NCBI RefSeq assembly: GCF_009914755.1
Contig: NC_060928.1
Length of the DNA: 64,000 nt
Reading direction: 5' to 3' (one strand)
From: the human T2T-CHM13v2.0 reference genome, Homo sapiens
A model generated the notes under the pieces. That model was not told the origin of the DNA and did not search any database. It worked only from the letters and a program-made list of their open reading frames with translations. Shown here piece by piece: positions 39,431-54,397 of the stretch (position 1 is the stretch's first letter; every line of letters starts with the position of its first letter). Position numbers and translations under genes: made by a program.

Positions 39431-42400
39431 AATTGATAATCAATGCTTCTATAACTGTGAGGGAATGAGATTTGGGTTATAGTAAGATATCTATTCCACT
39501 TTGAAGCAAGAATGGTGATGCAGACAATTAAAGTGGGTGGTAAATATTTCTCTGTAGGCTAAAGAGAGAGTCACTCAGAGTCAGATATTAGATTATCTCT
39601 TCCAATATCATAAATACAGAAAAATTTGTACCTGTACAACTTCATGCAGCTCATAGTCTGAAGTGTTTAATTCGTTCATATTAGATGATGCCCACTTTAC
39701 CATCATCTGTTATGACTTATAAAAAAGCTGGTAAATACTTGATTTTGTGCAGGAAATACTTGACTATTTCAGATTCTAACAAGGAGGAGGAGGCAGGGAA
39801 CATTCTGCCTTGCTTATTACTATATCTGTATGTATCTTAAACATTATGATTACTCCGTAGACATTGTTAATCAATGAATAAGTGAGTGATCGCATTGTTT
39901 AGGGGTATAGCTTGTTCCCTGTTTCCTACATTTCCCATTTCCCTCCCATTTAACATAAAATCCCTGGCACCTCTCCACTCTTTCACTCTCCCCTCTATGG
40001 AGGCAGAGTGACTGAGTTAATCTTCCTAAAGAGTTTTTAAGGAAAAACTTGACATGTGATGTCCAGCTCCTTTTTCCTTTCTTATAGTGACCAGTGGGAC
40101 TACATTTAGGGCTACTAAGTAAGTCTTTCTGGTTCTGGAGTTAAATTAATAAGCCCCCACTCGTGAATTTCAGGTTTATCAGAAAAATAACACAGATATT
40201 TTGGTTTTCATCTGCCAATTCTCTGTCCTGTTTCTCATTTGATTCAGAATTTGAGTGAAAAACTTGGTATTATTTACTGACCTCTTTCAAAGTCTGCAGT
40301 AGATATAATTTGGGAAAGCTATCAGAAAGCAGCTTAGCTTTGGTGGGTTCATAGGAAAACATATATTTCATTATTAGGGATCTGTAGAAAAGTCTTTTTC
40401 AGAGCTGTGCCTTACTTGCTATCTGACCTTAAAAATCATTCACACTTTGCATAATTCAGTTTCCTCATCTATAATATGAAAATAACCCCTGTCTTACCTA
40501 CTTCACATAAACATAGAAGTATTACAAGGAGATTTGACTTGTGCCTACTCTCGATAACTATACTGCCCCTTGCTTCCTGAAGGTCACTATTAGCCTGATT
40601 ATCAACACTGGGATTTAGTTTGGACTGTTTTAGAACTTTATGTAAATAAAATCAAAGGAAAAAAAAAAAGAGATGTTCTTAAAAAAAAAAGTTTCATAAA
40701 GCATTATACAAATATAAGGCTTAAAAAAAAATAACCAGGGCATTTGCTTTCTCCCAGTTGGCATTACCTTACATAGGACCAATACCCTGATCATATTTGC
40801 CCTGATCATGCAATAGCTTCCTAAAAGGTCTTGTCCTTCTAGAGTGATGTCAGTGGCCCTGGTCAGTGATACTCAAACTCAATAAAAAGGAGAGATTATC
40901 ATTGAAGAAGACAGGTTTATCCTTAAAAGTAGAGCCTGAGAAGATGGGTGTTCAGGTAGCTTATCGAGGAAGAAATTCCAGAGAGCAGGAGTGGCCAAAG
41001 GAGGAAAGACAAATGCAAAGATGCATCATCCAGCGGCCCACTGAAGACATAGCAACTAGATGCCACCTGGAACCCACTGCAGAGCCTACAGAATGCTCTC
41101 AGAACCCACCCCTCAGATCAGCAAGGAAAACAGGTCAACCACGTGCTCCTCTTTTTGAGAATTGTCCACAGGGAGGTTAGCTCCTCCACAGGATGAAAAA
41201 CAAAAGACAACTGGCAGCTGGAGGGAGCCTGGAGCTGAGACACTGTCAGAGTGAAGTGACTCAAATCCCTGGAACAACCTGCAAGCAGAGCCAGAATCAG
41301 AGGGGAAACGGAGAAGATACGAGACAGAGCAGCAGAGCTGCTTTGCCTGTCATTTTTATTTTATGGATATCATGAAACATTTAGAGATGCATTTGAGCAT
41401 ACAAACTGGGGAATTTTTATAAGAAAAAATGTGAAATTTTATATTTTTCTGAGAAAATATAAAAGCAAAACCACAGACATTACATATTTGCAAAAACTAA
41501 ATTTACAGACTAAGCATAAATGACTGTTCAGTTAATACAGTTTTTTTTGTCAAATTGATACCACATGTGTTATTTATTTATATCACCTGCTGGGATTTGT
41601 GGTAAAATTAAAAAAGAATAGAAATGTTAAAAATTGAAAATATGGAAGAAAATCTTATAGTTGAAGAAAGTACCAATTTTGAGTTTTTCCTGCTAAACTA
41701 CTGTTAATTGATTTGAGTAGCTCTGAATACACCAGTCTTCAGGCATATCGTCTGAGACTCACTAATCCAACCTCTATTTTGTTGCCAGAGGGATTTTTCT
41801 AAACTTCTAACTTGATCAAGTGACTTTCCTCCTTAAAAACATATGTCTCTACCTCCCTGAACTTGCAGTTCCCTAAATATCCTTACCTTATTCCAGCCGC
41901 TTTGCTTTAGTACACATCATCCCCTTTTTGGAAATGCCCACCACGTCCTCTGAGGAAATCTCCTCTCATCCTTCAAGCCCCCGCACAAACCTCCACCTTA
42001 ATACAACTCCCCACCCCGTCCCCTTGAGGTGGGTGTTCCTGCTAGAGTGTTCATGGTTCTCTTGTAAATGACTTCAGTATAGCATCAGTTTACATCTGTG
42101 GTGGGATAACCTCTCTGAATATTAACTGAACTCTAACCTCATCCCCAAATAGGCACATGTGTGTTGGCTGAAAGGTAAACCCATTCAGGCAGCAGCTGGG
42201 CCTGTTTCTCTTCACTGACCCAGGGAAATGATATGAAATATCAATTTTCCAACTTGTACTTTAAACCATCTTTAATTACCTTGAAGCTACAATTAATTAT
42301 TAGAGATGTGGTACCAACTCCATATAATATGGCATTCACTGTAGTAAAAGCATGATTTTGAATATAGAACATTGTTTTTACCATGAATTATTAGGGGAAA

Positions 42401-45400
42401 TTACAAAAGAGTGAACTCTTAAATCAGCAAACCTGGGACTATAACTTTGGCAGATGGTTGGGGGAATGAAGTGGAGGATCACATGTTATTTGTAAGCAAG
42501 AGAAAGCCAGCAAGTATTTTGGTTATATAAGCTCCTTGTTGCCATTTTTTATTCATCCGTTTTTTATTCATCCATTGCAAGATTGTTCTTGATATTGTCT
42601 TCGTAAAGCACCACCATTAAATATTCATTGAGACAGCTGGGGGGAGGCGGATAAAGAAGGGAAATGAGAAATAGAAAAGGGGGAGAACAATCAGTTTCTA
42701 GGCTTTCTGAGGCATAGAAAACCTGGATGTAGTTTCAGCAGGGGTGCCATATGAAAGGAATGGAAGTGTTAGCTTACCTGGAGGGACGTCATGACAACCA
42801 ACACAGAAGAAAACAAATGCAGTAAGAAAAGAAAGAAAGCAATAAGCTAAAGTGACTGGAAATCTGAAGATAGGTATTATATTTGATCTGATCAATGCCA
42901 AATGTCCAATAGTCAAGTGTTATGATACCTGGAATCAACATAGTGACTATATATACCTTGGGCTACAGTAAAAATAGAATCTCGAAGATAGAAAATCCTG
43001 AAAACAGAAATACATTTAAAAGAATTCAGTAATCCAATCATGAGTTAACAAGAGACTGGACTAACATTAAAAAGAGATGTATGAAAAAAGCAGGCAGGAA
43101 AAGTTACAGAACTTATTATTAAAGGATGAAGACTCTGATATACGGAGGAAAAATGGATTTGGGAAATCCCAGCAAGGATGATATCATAACTACATAAATC
43201 GGTCTGAGGGAGAGGGCCTAGATTGAAGATATCTACTTTTATGATGCTGAATTCCAGAGCTTTTTTTTGAGATGACACAGACACAGAGAAAGGTGATGGT
43301 CCATATTGAAGGTGGGACACATTAAGGCTGCATGGGAACAAATAAATAAATTTAATTCATAGCCTCATCCTTCACAGGAATTTTATAATAATTTACCCTT
43401 CCAGGGATAATCATTATTTTCACTGGCAGAAGAGGTATATTTTTTAAATATATATTCTATTATCAGATAACATCCAAACACAGTTGGCCAAGCTCTGGAA
43501 ATATTTAAAATGGTACACTAACAATAAACAGTGATTTGTTCCTCAGTAATTAAGTATTCCTGACTATCATAGACAGTTCCATCAGTACTGACTTGATGCA
43601 ATGTGAATCAAGCTGTGTTAATGAGGGCACTTGATTTAATAGAAAATTAAGTTGCTTTTTCTTTCTGCCTGTGATATCCAGGACTGTTTGAGGAGAGGGA
43701 CTCAAACAGTGTCAGATGCATCTTTGTTCTGTCTTGTATTTGTGGGGTGCTATCATATGGTACAGCATTTGGAGACTGGTCTCTGCAATGGGGGATAGTA
43801 GACAGGCTGAAACCTGCAGTGTTTTTAAATGACAGGTTGAAAAGATTCTTTTTCCCAAAACCCTAAGGGAGTTTTTACCTTGACAGATAATATGTGACTA
43901 TCAGGCTGCATTCTTCAGACAACTTTGCTTGTCAACCCCAATCTGTGAAATATTGAGTTGAGAGTGTGGGAGGCATGTTAAAATGGAAAACTACTCAGTA
44001 CACCTTCACTGGGCTTCATCCTCCACTGCTGCTGAGTCTTAGAGGCTCAGAGTCAATGATGTGGGTTATTGAGTCCCCAGGTAGCTTAACTGTTGTATTT
44101 ACTTCTGAGGAGAATTGAGATAATGAAATTAGTAAAATAATAATAATCATAAGAATCTGAAGCACATTCAACTGTCTAATTGTCTGACTGTAAGTTTAGT
44201 ACAGAACCATCATAGAACAAACAGAATTTTTTTCTGCCTACACTTTCTCCCATATTCTTGCATATGATCTGGGCAAATCTAACCCAGGGTCACCTAGAAT
44301 AATGCACACTTGACAAACCACAGACTGCTCCTTCTTAGCAGTCTTGAATGTTTGCTGCAAGAATAACTCTGGCTTACAAATAGTCCTCATGCTGTGCAGC
44401 TTGAGGATGTGACAACCTAAAGGATCTTGTAAATATCTGCCCTTGATCCCCTGCCTCTAATACACAAGGAACTTTGCCCAGTGCTTCAGAATGCTAAGCT
44501 TTTCCATCCAAAAGTATTTATGGATTAGTTACCACAGAAAACTAAACCTAATTATTTTCTTTCTAAATAACTCTACCAATATATCTTTAACAGAACGTCA
44601 TCTCCAGCATTTTCAGAAACCCCCTCTGATGCCAGATCAATATCAGGCTTTTGTGTAGAACCATCAGTAAGCAAAGCACAGGCACGATGTGTTTCCTTCA
44701 AGCCTATCTCAAGTGTCCTTATTAAAGCAGTCATTGGGGTAAAGCTAGAAAGGTTTTGTACAACTTCATCACAATGCCACTGCATGTGGAGAGACTCCTA
44801 GGCAGTGCTCAACAATTGAAAAAGGAAATTCTTCTTCTCTCCTTTCCTAGCTATGACATTTATGAATGCCCACACATGACAAAATGAGCCTTGTTTTATG
44901 AATTTGGTTTTCAAATGTCTCTATAGAGTGCTTGTTTTAAAAAGGAAGCCCGATCCATCAGCATATGAGTCACTCCACAATACTCAGGTTTAGTTATTTG
45001 TGAAAAAGCTCAAATTTATAAAAGAACTGGATTTGAACTTTGAAAAATGGTAACATTAAGGGAAATCTTTACAAAAGCTTTACTGATACAACATAAATTA
45101 AATGTGCCTGTGTGGTCCAGTAATGTTGTCGTCCCTTTAAAACAAAGCAGTAGACTTCCAGTTTTGTGGGTTTTTTTTTTTTTTCTTTTTTGGTCTTTTC
45201 TTCCAAGACACAATGATTAACTTGTGCTGATTCATCTCTACTGGCTCACTCAACCTCAGAATTCAAGAAGGACCTCCATTTTGTCTAGATATGTTGGCTT
45301 TGGTTGTATATGCTGCATAAACTTGGGCAGTTTGTCTGCTAAAAAGGACACTTGGCTGAAGTAGTGAGAAGAGGCTGAAATGCAGTTTATGTCCTGCATG

Positions 45401-45472
45401 GGGCAGCCAGGGTCACTTTTCCTAAATAATAAAATGATGCTATGTAGGCTAAGAGCTGCCCTAGATCTTAAA

Positions 45473-45772
45473 GCAAGGTTGCCAAATGATACATGTCCCA
45501 GGCAGGTTCACAGATTCAAGATGTGTGGGCTGAGGGAGGAGGGTGGTGTCACGAAGAGCCATCAGAAGGGAGTAGCAGCCACTTTCTCCAGCCGATTGGT
45601 CCCAGATGGGGCGTGTGCATATCACTCAGACAGAGCTTCTGATTTCTTAAGTAAAATTAGAAACAGAGATTGTTTCCATTGCATGTTAGCAACAATAAAC
45701 ACCTAAAAAGGTGGTCTAAATGAAACACTAAGGGTTAGATCTGACCTGTGGGCCACTGATTAGCAAACTCTG
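45473..45772. mobile_element. hAT-Charlie-type MITE (MER58/MER102-like)
   Basis: Terminal inverted repeats caaggttgccaaatg…attagcaaactctg with TA-centred 8-bp flanks. Confidence 0.5.
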
Positions 45773-46000
45773 AGCTAGAGTTATGGATGAAATTGGGCAC
45801 ATAGTTACTAAGAGTGGAACTATAAAACTCACCGAGGGATGGAACTCACAGCATTGCTTGCCTCCAAAGTCACTGTACTCTAAATAACTCTGAACTCTGC
45901 ATATTTTATGGCATTCAAATCAATCTTCAAAGGAAAAACATTTAGGGCTCTTTGGCTTGTCTCTTCTGAGTCTTAGTAAACTCAGGTAAAAGTAGTGTTT

Positions 46001-46034
<34 letters not shown>

Positions 46035-46048
46035 TACATACATATACA
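46001..46048. repeat. (TA)n(CA)n microsatellite
   Basis: Directly visible. Confidence 0.9.
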
Positions 46049-46302
46049 GGAAGGTGTCTCCTTCCATCTACCACATTTTACAAATTTACTGGGAAGCTAT
46101 AGTCATTTTGACAACATGCTAGAACTAAGCTGCTCTGGTATCATCTGTAACTGGCTTAGTAGACCAATGAGGCTCAGGGAGGCGGACGTTCATACCTTGG
46201 ACCTGCAGAACTCATGAGCCTGGCATGTTTGACAGGGAGAGGCTGATACAACGTTTTGATGTGAGACTTTTTTTGAAAAAAATCTTTAAAAGTATTGTTT
46301 TT

Positions 46303-47977
46303 AAATTTTTTAATATTTCAATAGTGTTTTGGGTACTGGTGGGTTTTGGTTACATGGATAACTTCTGTAGTGGCGATTTCTGAGGTTTTAGCGCAGCCAT
46401 CACCCAAGCCATATACACTATGTCCAATATGTAGTCTTGTATCCCTCATCCACTTCCAGCCTTGCCCCTTAAGATTCCAAAGTCCATTATATCACTCTTA
46501 TACCTTTGCATCCTCATAGCTTAGCCCCCAAATAAGTTAGAACATATGATATTTGGTTTTCCATTCCTGAGTTACTTCACTTAGAATAATGGCCTCCAGC
46601 TCCATCCAAGTTGCTGCAAGATATATTATTTTGTTCCATTTATTGGTTGAGTAGTATCTCATGGTATATTTATATATATATAACACTACTTTTTTATCCA
46701 CTCCTTAGTTGATGGGCACGTAATTTGATTTCCTATCTTTGCAATTGTGAATTGTGTTGCTATACACATGCATGTGCATGTGTCTTTTTCATATAATGAC
46801 TTCTTTTCCTCTAGGTAGATACCTAGTAGTGAGATTCCTGGATCAAATGGTAGTTCTACTTTGAGTCCGTTAAGGAATCTCCATGTTGTTCTTCATAATG
46901 GTTGCACTAATTCGTATTCCCACCAGCAGTATAAAAGTGTTCCCTTTTCACCACATCTATGCCAACATCTACTGTTTTTCAATTTTTTAATTGTGGCCAT
47001 TCTTGGAGACGTAAGATGGTATCTCATTGTGGTTTTAATTTGCATTTCCCTGAGAATTAGTGATGATGAGCATTTTTTCATATGTCTGATGGCCATTTGT
47101 GTATCTTCTTTTGAGAATTGCCTACTCATCCCCTTTGCTCATTTTTTGATGGAATTATTTGGTTTTTACTTGCTGATTTGTTTGAGTTCCTTATAGATTC
47201 TGGATATCAGTCCTTTGTCAGATGCACAGTTTGTGAATATTTTCTCCCCGTCTGTGGGTTGTCTGTTTACTCTGCTGAATATTTCTTTTGCTGTGCAGAA
47301 GATTTTTAGCTTAATTACGTCCCATTTACTTATTTTTGGTTTTGTTGGGGTCTTAGTCATTAATTCTTTGCCTAAGCCAATGTCTAGAAGAGTTTTTTTA
47401 TGTTATCTTCTAGAATTTTTATGGTTTCAGGTTTTAGATTTACATCTTTGATCCATCTTGAGTTGATTTTTTCATAAGGTGAGAGATGAGGATCGAGTTT
47501 CATTCTTCTACATGTATGTGCCCTGCCGGTTTTCCTAGTATCATTTATTGAATAAAGTGCCCTTTTCCCAATTTATGCTTTTGTAAGCTTTGTTGAAGAT
47601 TAGTTGGCTGTAAGTATTTGGCTTTATTTATGGGTTCTCTATCCTGTTTCATTGGTCTGCATGCCTATTTCTATAGCAGTGCCATGCTGTTTGGGTAACT
47701 ATAGCCTTGTAGTATAATTTGAAGTTGAGTAATGTGATGCCTCCAGATTTGTTCTTTTTGCTTAGTATTGCTTTGGTTATGTGGGCTCTTTTTTGGCTCC
47801 ATATAAATTTTAGAATTGTGTTTTCTAGTTCCATGAAGAATGATGGTAGTATTTTTATGGAAATTGTTTTGAATCTGTAGATTGCTTTGGGCAGTATGGA
47901 CATTTTCACATTATTGATTCTTCCCATCCATGAGCATGGTATGTGTTTCCATTTGTTTGTGTCATCTATGATGTCTT
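46303..47977 (-). mobile_element. 5'-truncated L1PB element with TSD
   Basis: Minus ORFs 46893..47129, 47166..47360 and 47649..47927 are L1 ORF2 C-terminal segments ([18 protein letters not shown]…, [14 protein letters not shown]). TSD AAAAGTATT(G/A)TTTTT at 46288-46302 and 47979-47993. Confidence 0.93.
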
Positions 47978-48901
47978 AAAAAGTATTATTTTTCAAAACA
48001 TTTTCAAGTTTATTAACAAAATATAAAGCATCCTAAGCCCATAATTCTACAGGCTTACTAAATGCCAAAATGGTTTCCTATCAAATGGTTTGCAAAGAAT
48101 TATTTTTTAAAGAAGTCATTTGTTTCTCTAGAATTGAAAGAAACACGTTTCTAAACAAGCAAACAAAAATATATAGGGGAAATAATATGAATATCTGAAT
48201 TATCTACTTTTGACCTTTTAATTTCCACAAGAAAATAATAGTATAACAATAAAATTATGGAGTTATTGAGTTGTTGTAGTACAATGGAGTATAATATACG
48301 AATTCACAAAGATAACCATGCCTCTCCAGTATCAGTCAGATAATAAAATTAAAACACAATGAATTCCTATCTTCATTGTAATATATCTATTTTTACTTTA
48401 AAAGTGTTACAAAATTTTAAGTCTCCAGATAGCTGTACTCAGTAATTTTGACTGAGCATTTACAAAGCCAATAATGGGCCTAAACTCAAATTAGAAGCAA
48501 TACTCTCCTATTTGACTTCCTACATGATTCTCTGTATTTAGATGGCAATCTTTTTAAGACTGTAGTCTAAATGAGTATGCATGACATTAGCAAACAGTAA
48601 ATCAGTACTGGAGGCAAGGAATATTGGAATAGGAACTAGTTCAAGCAAATTTTTCCATCCTTCCTTCCTTTCTTCCTCCCTCCTTTCTTTCCTTTCTATC
48701 TTCTTTCCCTGCTTCCCTCCTTCCTTCCATGAGATGTGTTCCTAGAAGTTGATTTCTGCTTTATTAGAGCTCTATAAGGGAAATTCTGCATATCCCTGTA
48801 CAGTGATTAAGACACCTGCTCCCTCACAGAAAGAATAAACATAGCACAGTAGTATACACAATTGTAACCAAAAATGAACAAGCAAATAAAAATGCAGTTT
48901 A

Positions 48902-49210
48902 AGTCGGGCATGGTGGCTCATGGCAGTAATCCTAGCACTTTGAGAGGCTGAGGCAGGTGGATCACGAGGTCAGGAGTTCGAGACCAGCCTGGCCAACATG
49001 ATGAAATGTGTTCTACTAAACATCTCTACTAAACATACAAAAATTAGCTGGTTGTGGTGGCACACACGTATAGTCCCAGCTACTCAGGAGGCTGAGGCAC
49101 AAGGATTGCTTGACCTAGGAAATGCAGGTTGCAGTGAGCTAACATCACGTCACTACACTCCAGGCTAGGTGACAGGGCAAGACTCCATCTCAAAAAAAAA
49201 AAAAAAAAAA
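48902..49210 (+). mobile_element. AluS with poly(A) tail
   Basis: Full dimer; TSD AAAAATGCAGTTTA at 48888-48901 and 49224-49237. Confidence 0.93.
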
Positions 49211-49951
49211 GTCATATAAAGGAAAAAATGCAGTTTATTTTAATTAGTAGTTGACAATTTAGCAAGGGACATTTCCCACTCCAGGCCTAGTAGTCTCAAT
49301 TCCACTGTTTACAGTGCTTCTGGCTTCTGTAAAGATAATTTCTGTTTTCCAGCACACAGCAGCTTACATTACTAAATATTTTAGATGAGCTCTGTAATCT
49401 TGAGGTCATTTTCATCCACTTCAAAATGACTATTTCTCCCAAAAGCTTGTGAGAGGAAAGAGTAAATATAGTACAATCTTAAACCCTTCATATTCATAGC
49501 AATCTCTAAATAAATATTTATATTTCTTAATTTGATAGTAATGACAATAGTGGCATAGGAAAGTGGTTATGAAAATGACATTTTCACTATAGTAAACTAT
49601 GAATAAAAATATATTACTGTTTCTGTTTTTGGAATAGGAAGTTTAATGTGCAACTAGGGTGAAATTGGAATGTTTTGTTAATGTACAATAACAAATTAAA
49701 AATGCCTCGTATTCTAGTAATGGGAAAAACAATCATATCTCCCCAAACAATAATGCATTGATTATCATTTCACATGTATATAGCCACTCAAACTTATTTC
49801 CAGTGGATTTAGTATACATCTGTCATCTTATTGCTATCAATTCATAGGATTAAAAGTTTTTATTAAAAGTACAATTTCAACTTTCACAGAAGGAAAGGAA
49901 TTAGAGAAAAAAGATAAAAGTGTAAATGAGAAGTGAGAATCTGACTTAAAC

Positions 49952-50123
49952 TTTTTCTTTCTTTCTTTTTTATTTTTTTGTGGAAATGGGGCCTAGCTAT
50001 GCTGCCCAGGCTGATCTTAAACTCCTGGGCTCAAGCAATCCTCCCACCTCAATCTCCCAAATTTTTGGGGGAGCAATCCCAATTTTGCTGGGATTACAGA
50101 TGTGAGCCACCATCCATGGCTGG
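49952..50123 (-). mobile_element. FLAM/Alu left monomer with small internal rearrangement
   Basis: ctatgctgcccaggctgatcttaaactcctgggctcaagcaatcctcccacctca…gctgggattacagatgtgagccacc. Confidence 0.85.
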
Positions 50124-50629
50124 GAGAATTTGGAAATCAAAAGAAAGAAAAAAACAAAAAGGAAGTTGAGTCCACCTGTGCATGGTCCAGTTAAAATCTG
50201 GGGAGGATCCAAAGATGAAAAAAAAAAAAAAAGAAAAGAAATTTGGCCCCAGTCAACAAGAACATTGTGACTAGAATTGCTGAGGCCAAGCCACAGCCAT
50301 GGAAAATTCCAACATACAAAAGTAATAATGTATCTTTGAATTGGGCATGGTGAAGGTTACTCCAGGCATATGAGATTTACAGAAATCTAAGCAGATTTCT
50401 GGCTGGAGTTCAGTAGTAGGACCCTGGTGCCTAGGAAGGCGAATGGAAGGGAAGCCATCTTCTAGAGGCACTCAAGTACCAGACAGATTACCAAAATGGG
50501 TATTCAGTTACCATAGTGATACATAAGGAGATGTATCACTTATGGTACATCAATTTGGGGATAGAAGAGAGGACAACAGTAACTGATTGATATCAGCAAA
50601 TTTTGGAAAACCTACAAGTATCTAATAAA

Positions 50630-50855
50630 TCCAACATTTTTCTAGCACCTATTACCTGCTGGATATTTTTGTAAGTACTTTAATTGTTGTACTAGCCCTA
50701 TGAGTCAGGCAATATTATTATCTACAATTGACAGGTAAGGAAGGCACTGAAAGGCTGAAGAAGTTATCCAAGATCATTTACTTCATAAGTGGCAGTCAAG
50801 ATTTGAACCAAGGCAGTTTATCCCCAGAGCCTGGACACCTAAACACTATTTGTCA
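50630..50855 (-). mobile_element. MIR
   Basis: ccctatgagtcaggcaatattatt…gacaggtaaggaaggcactg…ggcagtcaagatttgaaccaaggcagt. Confidence 0.7.
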
Positions 50856-52177
50856 TGTTGCTCTGGGTGGTAAATGACTCACAAGAATGCAGAAAGTTCT
50901 CATCTACATGCCTGTCTGGGGAGAAAACTGCAAGAGTTAATTTATTATGTTTGGGCCACAGAATCTCAGAAGGACTCAGGAATCGGAGACATGTACTTTT
51001 GAAGCAGGTGAAATGGGTGTCTGTGGGAGAGCAGGGAAGCTGAAAGCAGAGGACTGGTTAACTCCACTGCCCTCTCTGTGCATGAAGTAATTAGTCCTGC
51101 AGACCTGGAGACACACATCAAGGAGAGCTGATGTGCTGTACCACAAACTAGGGATTAAGGGAAGTCTACAGACTGAATAATGAGATCTCTGGCCTCCTCA
51201 GCACTTTCAGCTTGCAAAATGCAACAACCAAACCAGAAACTTAGATGGAGAGACCAAGAGGAAGGAAACCAGATATTCACACTTGGAAGTGGGTTTACTC
51301 ATTGATATGCCTTCATGCTTAAGGCCTACCAGGCAACCAGTGCTCCCTTTTACTCTGTAATATGAATGAACAAGCAAACAAGAACAGAGAAAACTTTGTA
51401 AGATTAGAGATAGAAACCAAAGAGGGAAAAAAAGGAATAATTTTGTAGAAAGGAGAGACAATGTGGGGAACAGAAGAAATTTTCAGAAAACCTGCAACTA
51501 CCATTCTCGGAAACATTAGGGGGAAATATTGCCTTCACGACGCAAGAACCTAAGAATGGATTGGGCTTTTAAGCAGGAAATGGCTCAGCTGGGAAGGGAG
51601 GAAGGCTGTGGAGAACAGAAGTCAGAAGGGCCTGATGATAACTAGCTGGAAAGAAGGGCAAAGGGTCACTAATGACTGTCAGAGGTGGAATGCAATAGCT
51701 CCAGTAATGGAAGACTTTACTCCAAAGTCCACTATCTTTTGTGAAAATATATTTCTTCACATTATGTACCAAAAAAAAAAAAAAGAAGCAAAACTCTATG
51801 TCTTTTTCCAATGCTGTTTCTGCAATGAAAAGAGAAGTGAAGGTGCTCACTATCACTTGAGAAACAGAAATGTTATGTGTAGGGAGGAGGATAGAAATTA
51901 TAATTCTGCAGCATGTCTTAATAGAAGGAGCACCGACGATGAAAAGAGATATAACTTGGTTGAAATGACAGCTCTATTTCATTCATGTTGCTTTCACTCT
52001 CTGCATTTGTGTCCTCATTGATAAACGGGGAGAATATCATGTACCACATACAATAGGTTATATGAAATAGAAAACGTGAAATGCTTTTCAAATTCTAGTT
52101 ATATAAGAAAGATGATCTCTCCTCCATGGATACTCTACATAGCAACCAAACAAAATCATGACAACTTGCTATTTCCT

Positions 52178-53340
52178 TGCTCATTCATCAATGCTCTCAT
52201 TACTTCAGTATATATTATTGACTGCTGCTAATGACCAGGTACTTTTCTAGATACTGAGGACACAGCAATGAATGGAACAGTCAGAAATCTCGGACTTTAC
52301 TTTCTTCTGGAGGGGGAGAATGAATCAATCATAAGACAGGTATCATTTCAGACTGAGATAAGTGCTATGGATTAAAACAGAGAGCAAGAACAGGAAGAGC
52401 AAGGTGGAGAGCTTACACGTTTAACTAAGACGGTAAGGGAAAGCCTCACAGAAAAGGTAATATTTAAGTAAAAGTTAGAGGAGTTGAAGAAGAGAAGCAC
52501 ATAAACATCTTAGGAAAGGAATTTTCAGGCAGAAGAAAAAGTAAGTGACAATGCCCTGAGGCATGGTCTCATCTAGCTGGCTAAAGGACCAACAAAGAAG
52601 TCAGTGCAGCAAGAGAAGAATGAACCAGGGTGATAGTAATAAAGTTGGAAGTAAATGGGCAGGGGATAGAGCTTGTGGGCTTTAGCGGGGATTATAAGAC
52701 CATTGGCTTCTATTCTTCATGAGAAGGGATGCCAAAGTTGGGTTTTGAGCAGAGGAGTCGACAGTCTTAATTATTTGTTACAAGGATCACTATGAAAAAT
52801 CTATTGAGAATAGACTGTTGGGAAACTAGACATTCAGTGCATTTATTCAAGTCAAAATGATAGTGGCCTGGTAGTGATGGAGGCAATGAGGAGTAGTTGG
52901 ATCGTGGATATATTTTAAAGGTAGAGCCTACAGGAATTGCTGACTTCAGATGAGGTATGAGAAAAAGGAAGGAGTCAAAGATAACATCAAGGGTTTGGGC
53001 CTCAGCCACTGGAAAAATAAAAGTTACTATCAACTGAGAGGAGACAGGCTGTGATGAGAACAAGTTTAGAAAGGGAGGTGAAATCAGGGGTCATATATTG
53101 GACATGTTAAGTTTGAGTTGCCAATTATAAATGCAAGCAGAGATATTAAGCAGGTAGCTGGATATATGGGTCTGGAGTTCAGGGAAGAGGACCAGGCTAG
53201 AGATATAAATTTGCGGTTGTCAGCATATACATAGAATTTATAGCCATGAGACTGGATGAGATCACTAATGGAATTAGTATAAAGGGAAGAAAAAAAAAAC
53301 AGATGGAAAGACTAAGCCCTGGACACTGCAATGTTACAAT
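52178..53340 (-). mobile_element. L2 remnant
   Basis: ggacatgttaagtttgagttgcc…ggagttcagggaagaggaccaggctagagatataaattt…gagactggatgagatcac. Confidence 0.85.
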
Positions 53341-54397
53341 TAACTAAATCAACGGAGATAAAATCAAGGTAAGCAAAATTATAAAGATTTGTTTCCATAA
53401 ATAAGCAGAGAAAACCTAGAACTGTGCCTGGACAAATTCTTTGCCTATGTCGAACAAGCAATTAATAGTACTAAATGTGTGAACACATCCAGTCTGCAGA
53501 GAGAAAAATAGAGATCTGCAAAGTCAGGTTAAGACAGAGAGAGGCAATTTTCCTGACAATTTTCCAATTCCTATGTGACCCAGCTGTATTTTATGTCCTA
53601 CATTTTTATGTTCCCCGTGGATACTTCCAGTTAAATCCCTTATTACCCGAGCTAGTTTGAGTGGCCTTCTACTCTTTATAAACAAATTACCCCTGACAAC
53701 AAATTATTTTACCTTCTGTACCCAAAAACCACTCTAGCTTAAACTGTTCTGCCTACAACTTCTATAATGGTGTAAGCCTAATACACGCAGCCTCATTTTG
53801 CACCCAGGTTACAGCTGGACATCTGACCCAAAAGGAATCATAAACGCTTTAAGCCAAACGTTTTGTCTCTGGAAAATTTAAATGAAGGTCACAGACATGT
53901 AAATTAAGAGTCACAGTTCATGTGACCTGTAAACTCACATGGTGCTATAGTGGAAATAAATCAGAACAAGCCAGAAGCATATGCAACAGGAAATTAAGGG
54001 AAGCAGAGAAGTCTTTTGTAAGCAGAGAAACTAGGCGAGCACAGAGAAATTAGATGGCATCTATCTAGTTGGGTGGCATAGATGCACAGATAGAAGCAGG
54101 GATAAAAGACTCTAAGACTTCACAGTCCTGTGGCAAGGCAAGGGGATCCTCTTAGACTTGACTTCCAGCCTCAGCCTCAGAGGGCTGACTGTTCCTTGCA
54201 TTTTGTTTTTGGATATTTACAAACTTTTGTCATTCTTTCAACAAACCTTTGGAGGGACAGCTGCAGCTTTCAATTATAGCCTTGACCAGCTGAGGAAGAC
54301 TTCAAGGAGCTTCATGAGTTTGGACTTGAAGGATAAATTTTTGCTTGAAGGATGATTTTTTTTTTGTATTTGGAAAGGTAAGGGAATGGCTAGCAAA

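Noticed and set aside
42700-43350. Faint resemblance to ERVL/MaLR internal gag sequence
   Set aside because: Too degraded to support by eye; needs a Dfam/nhmmer search.
51569-52021. 137-aa plus ORF and overlapping minus ORF
   Set aside because: Non-ATG start, spans a poly(A) run, no domain similarity; expected by chance.
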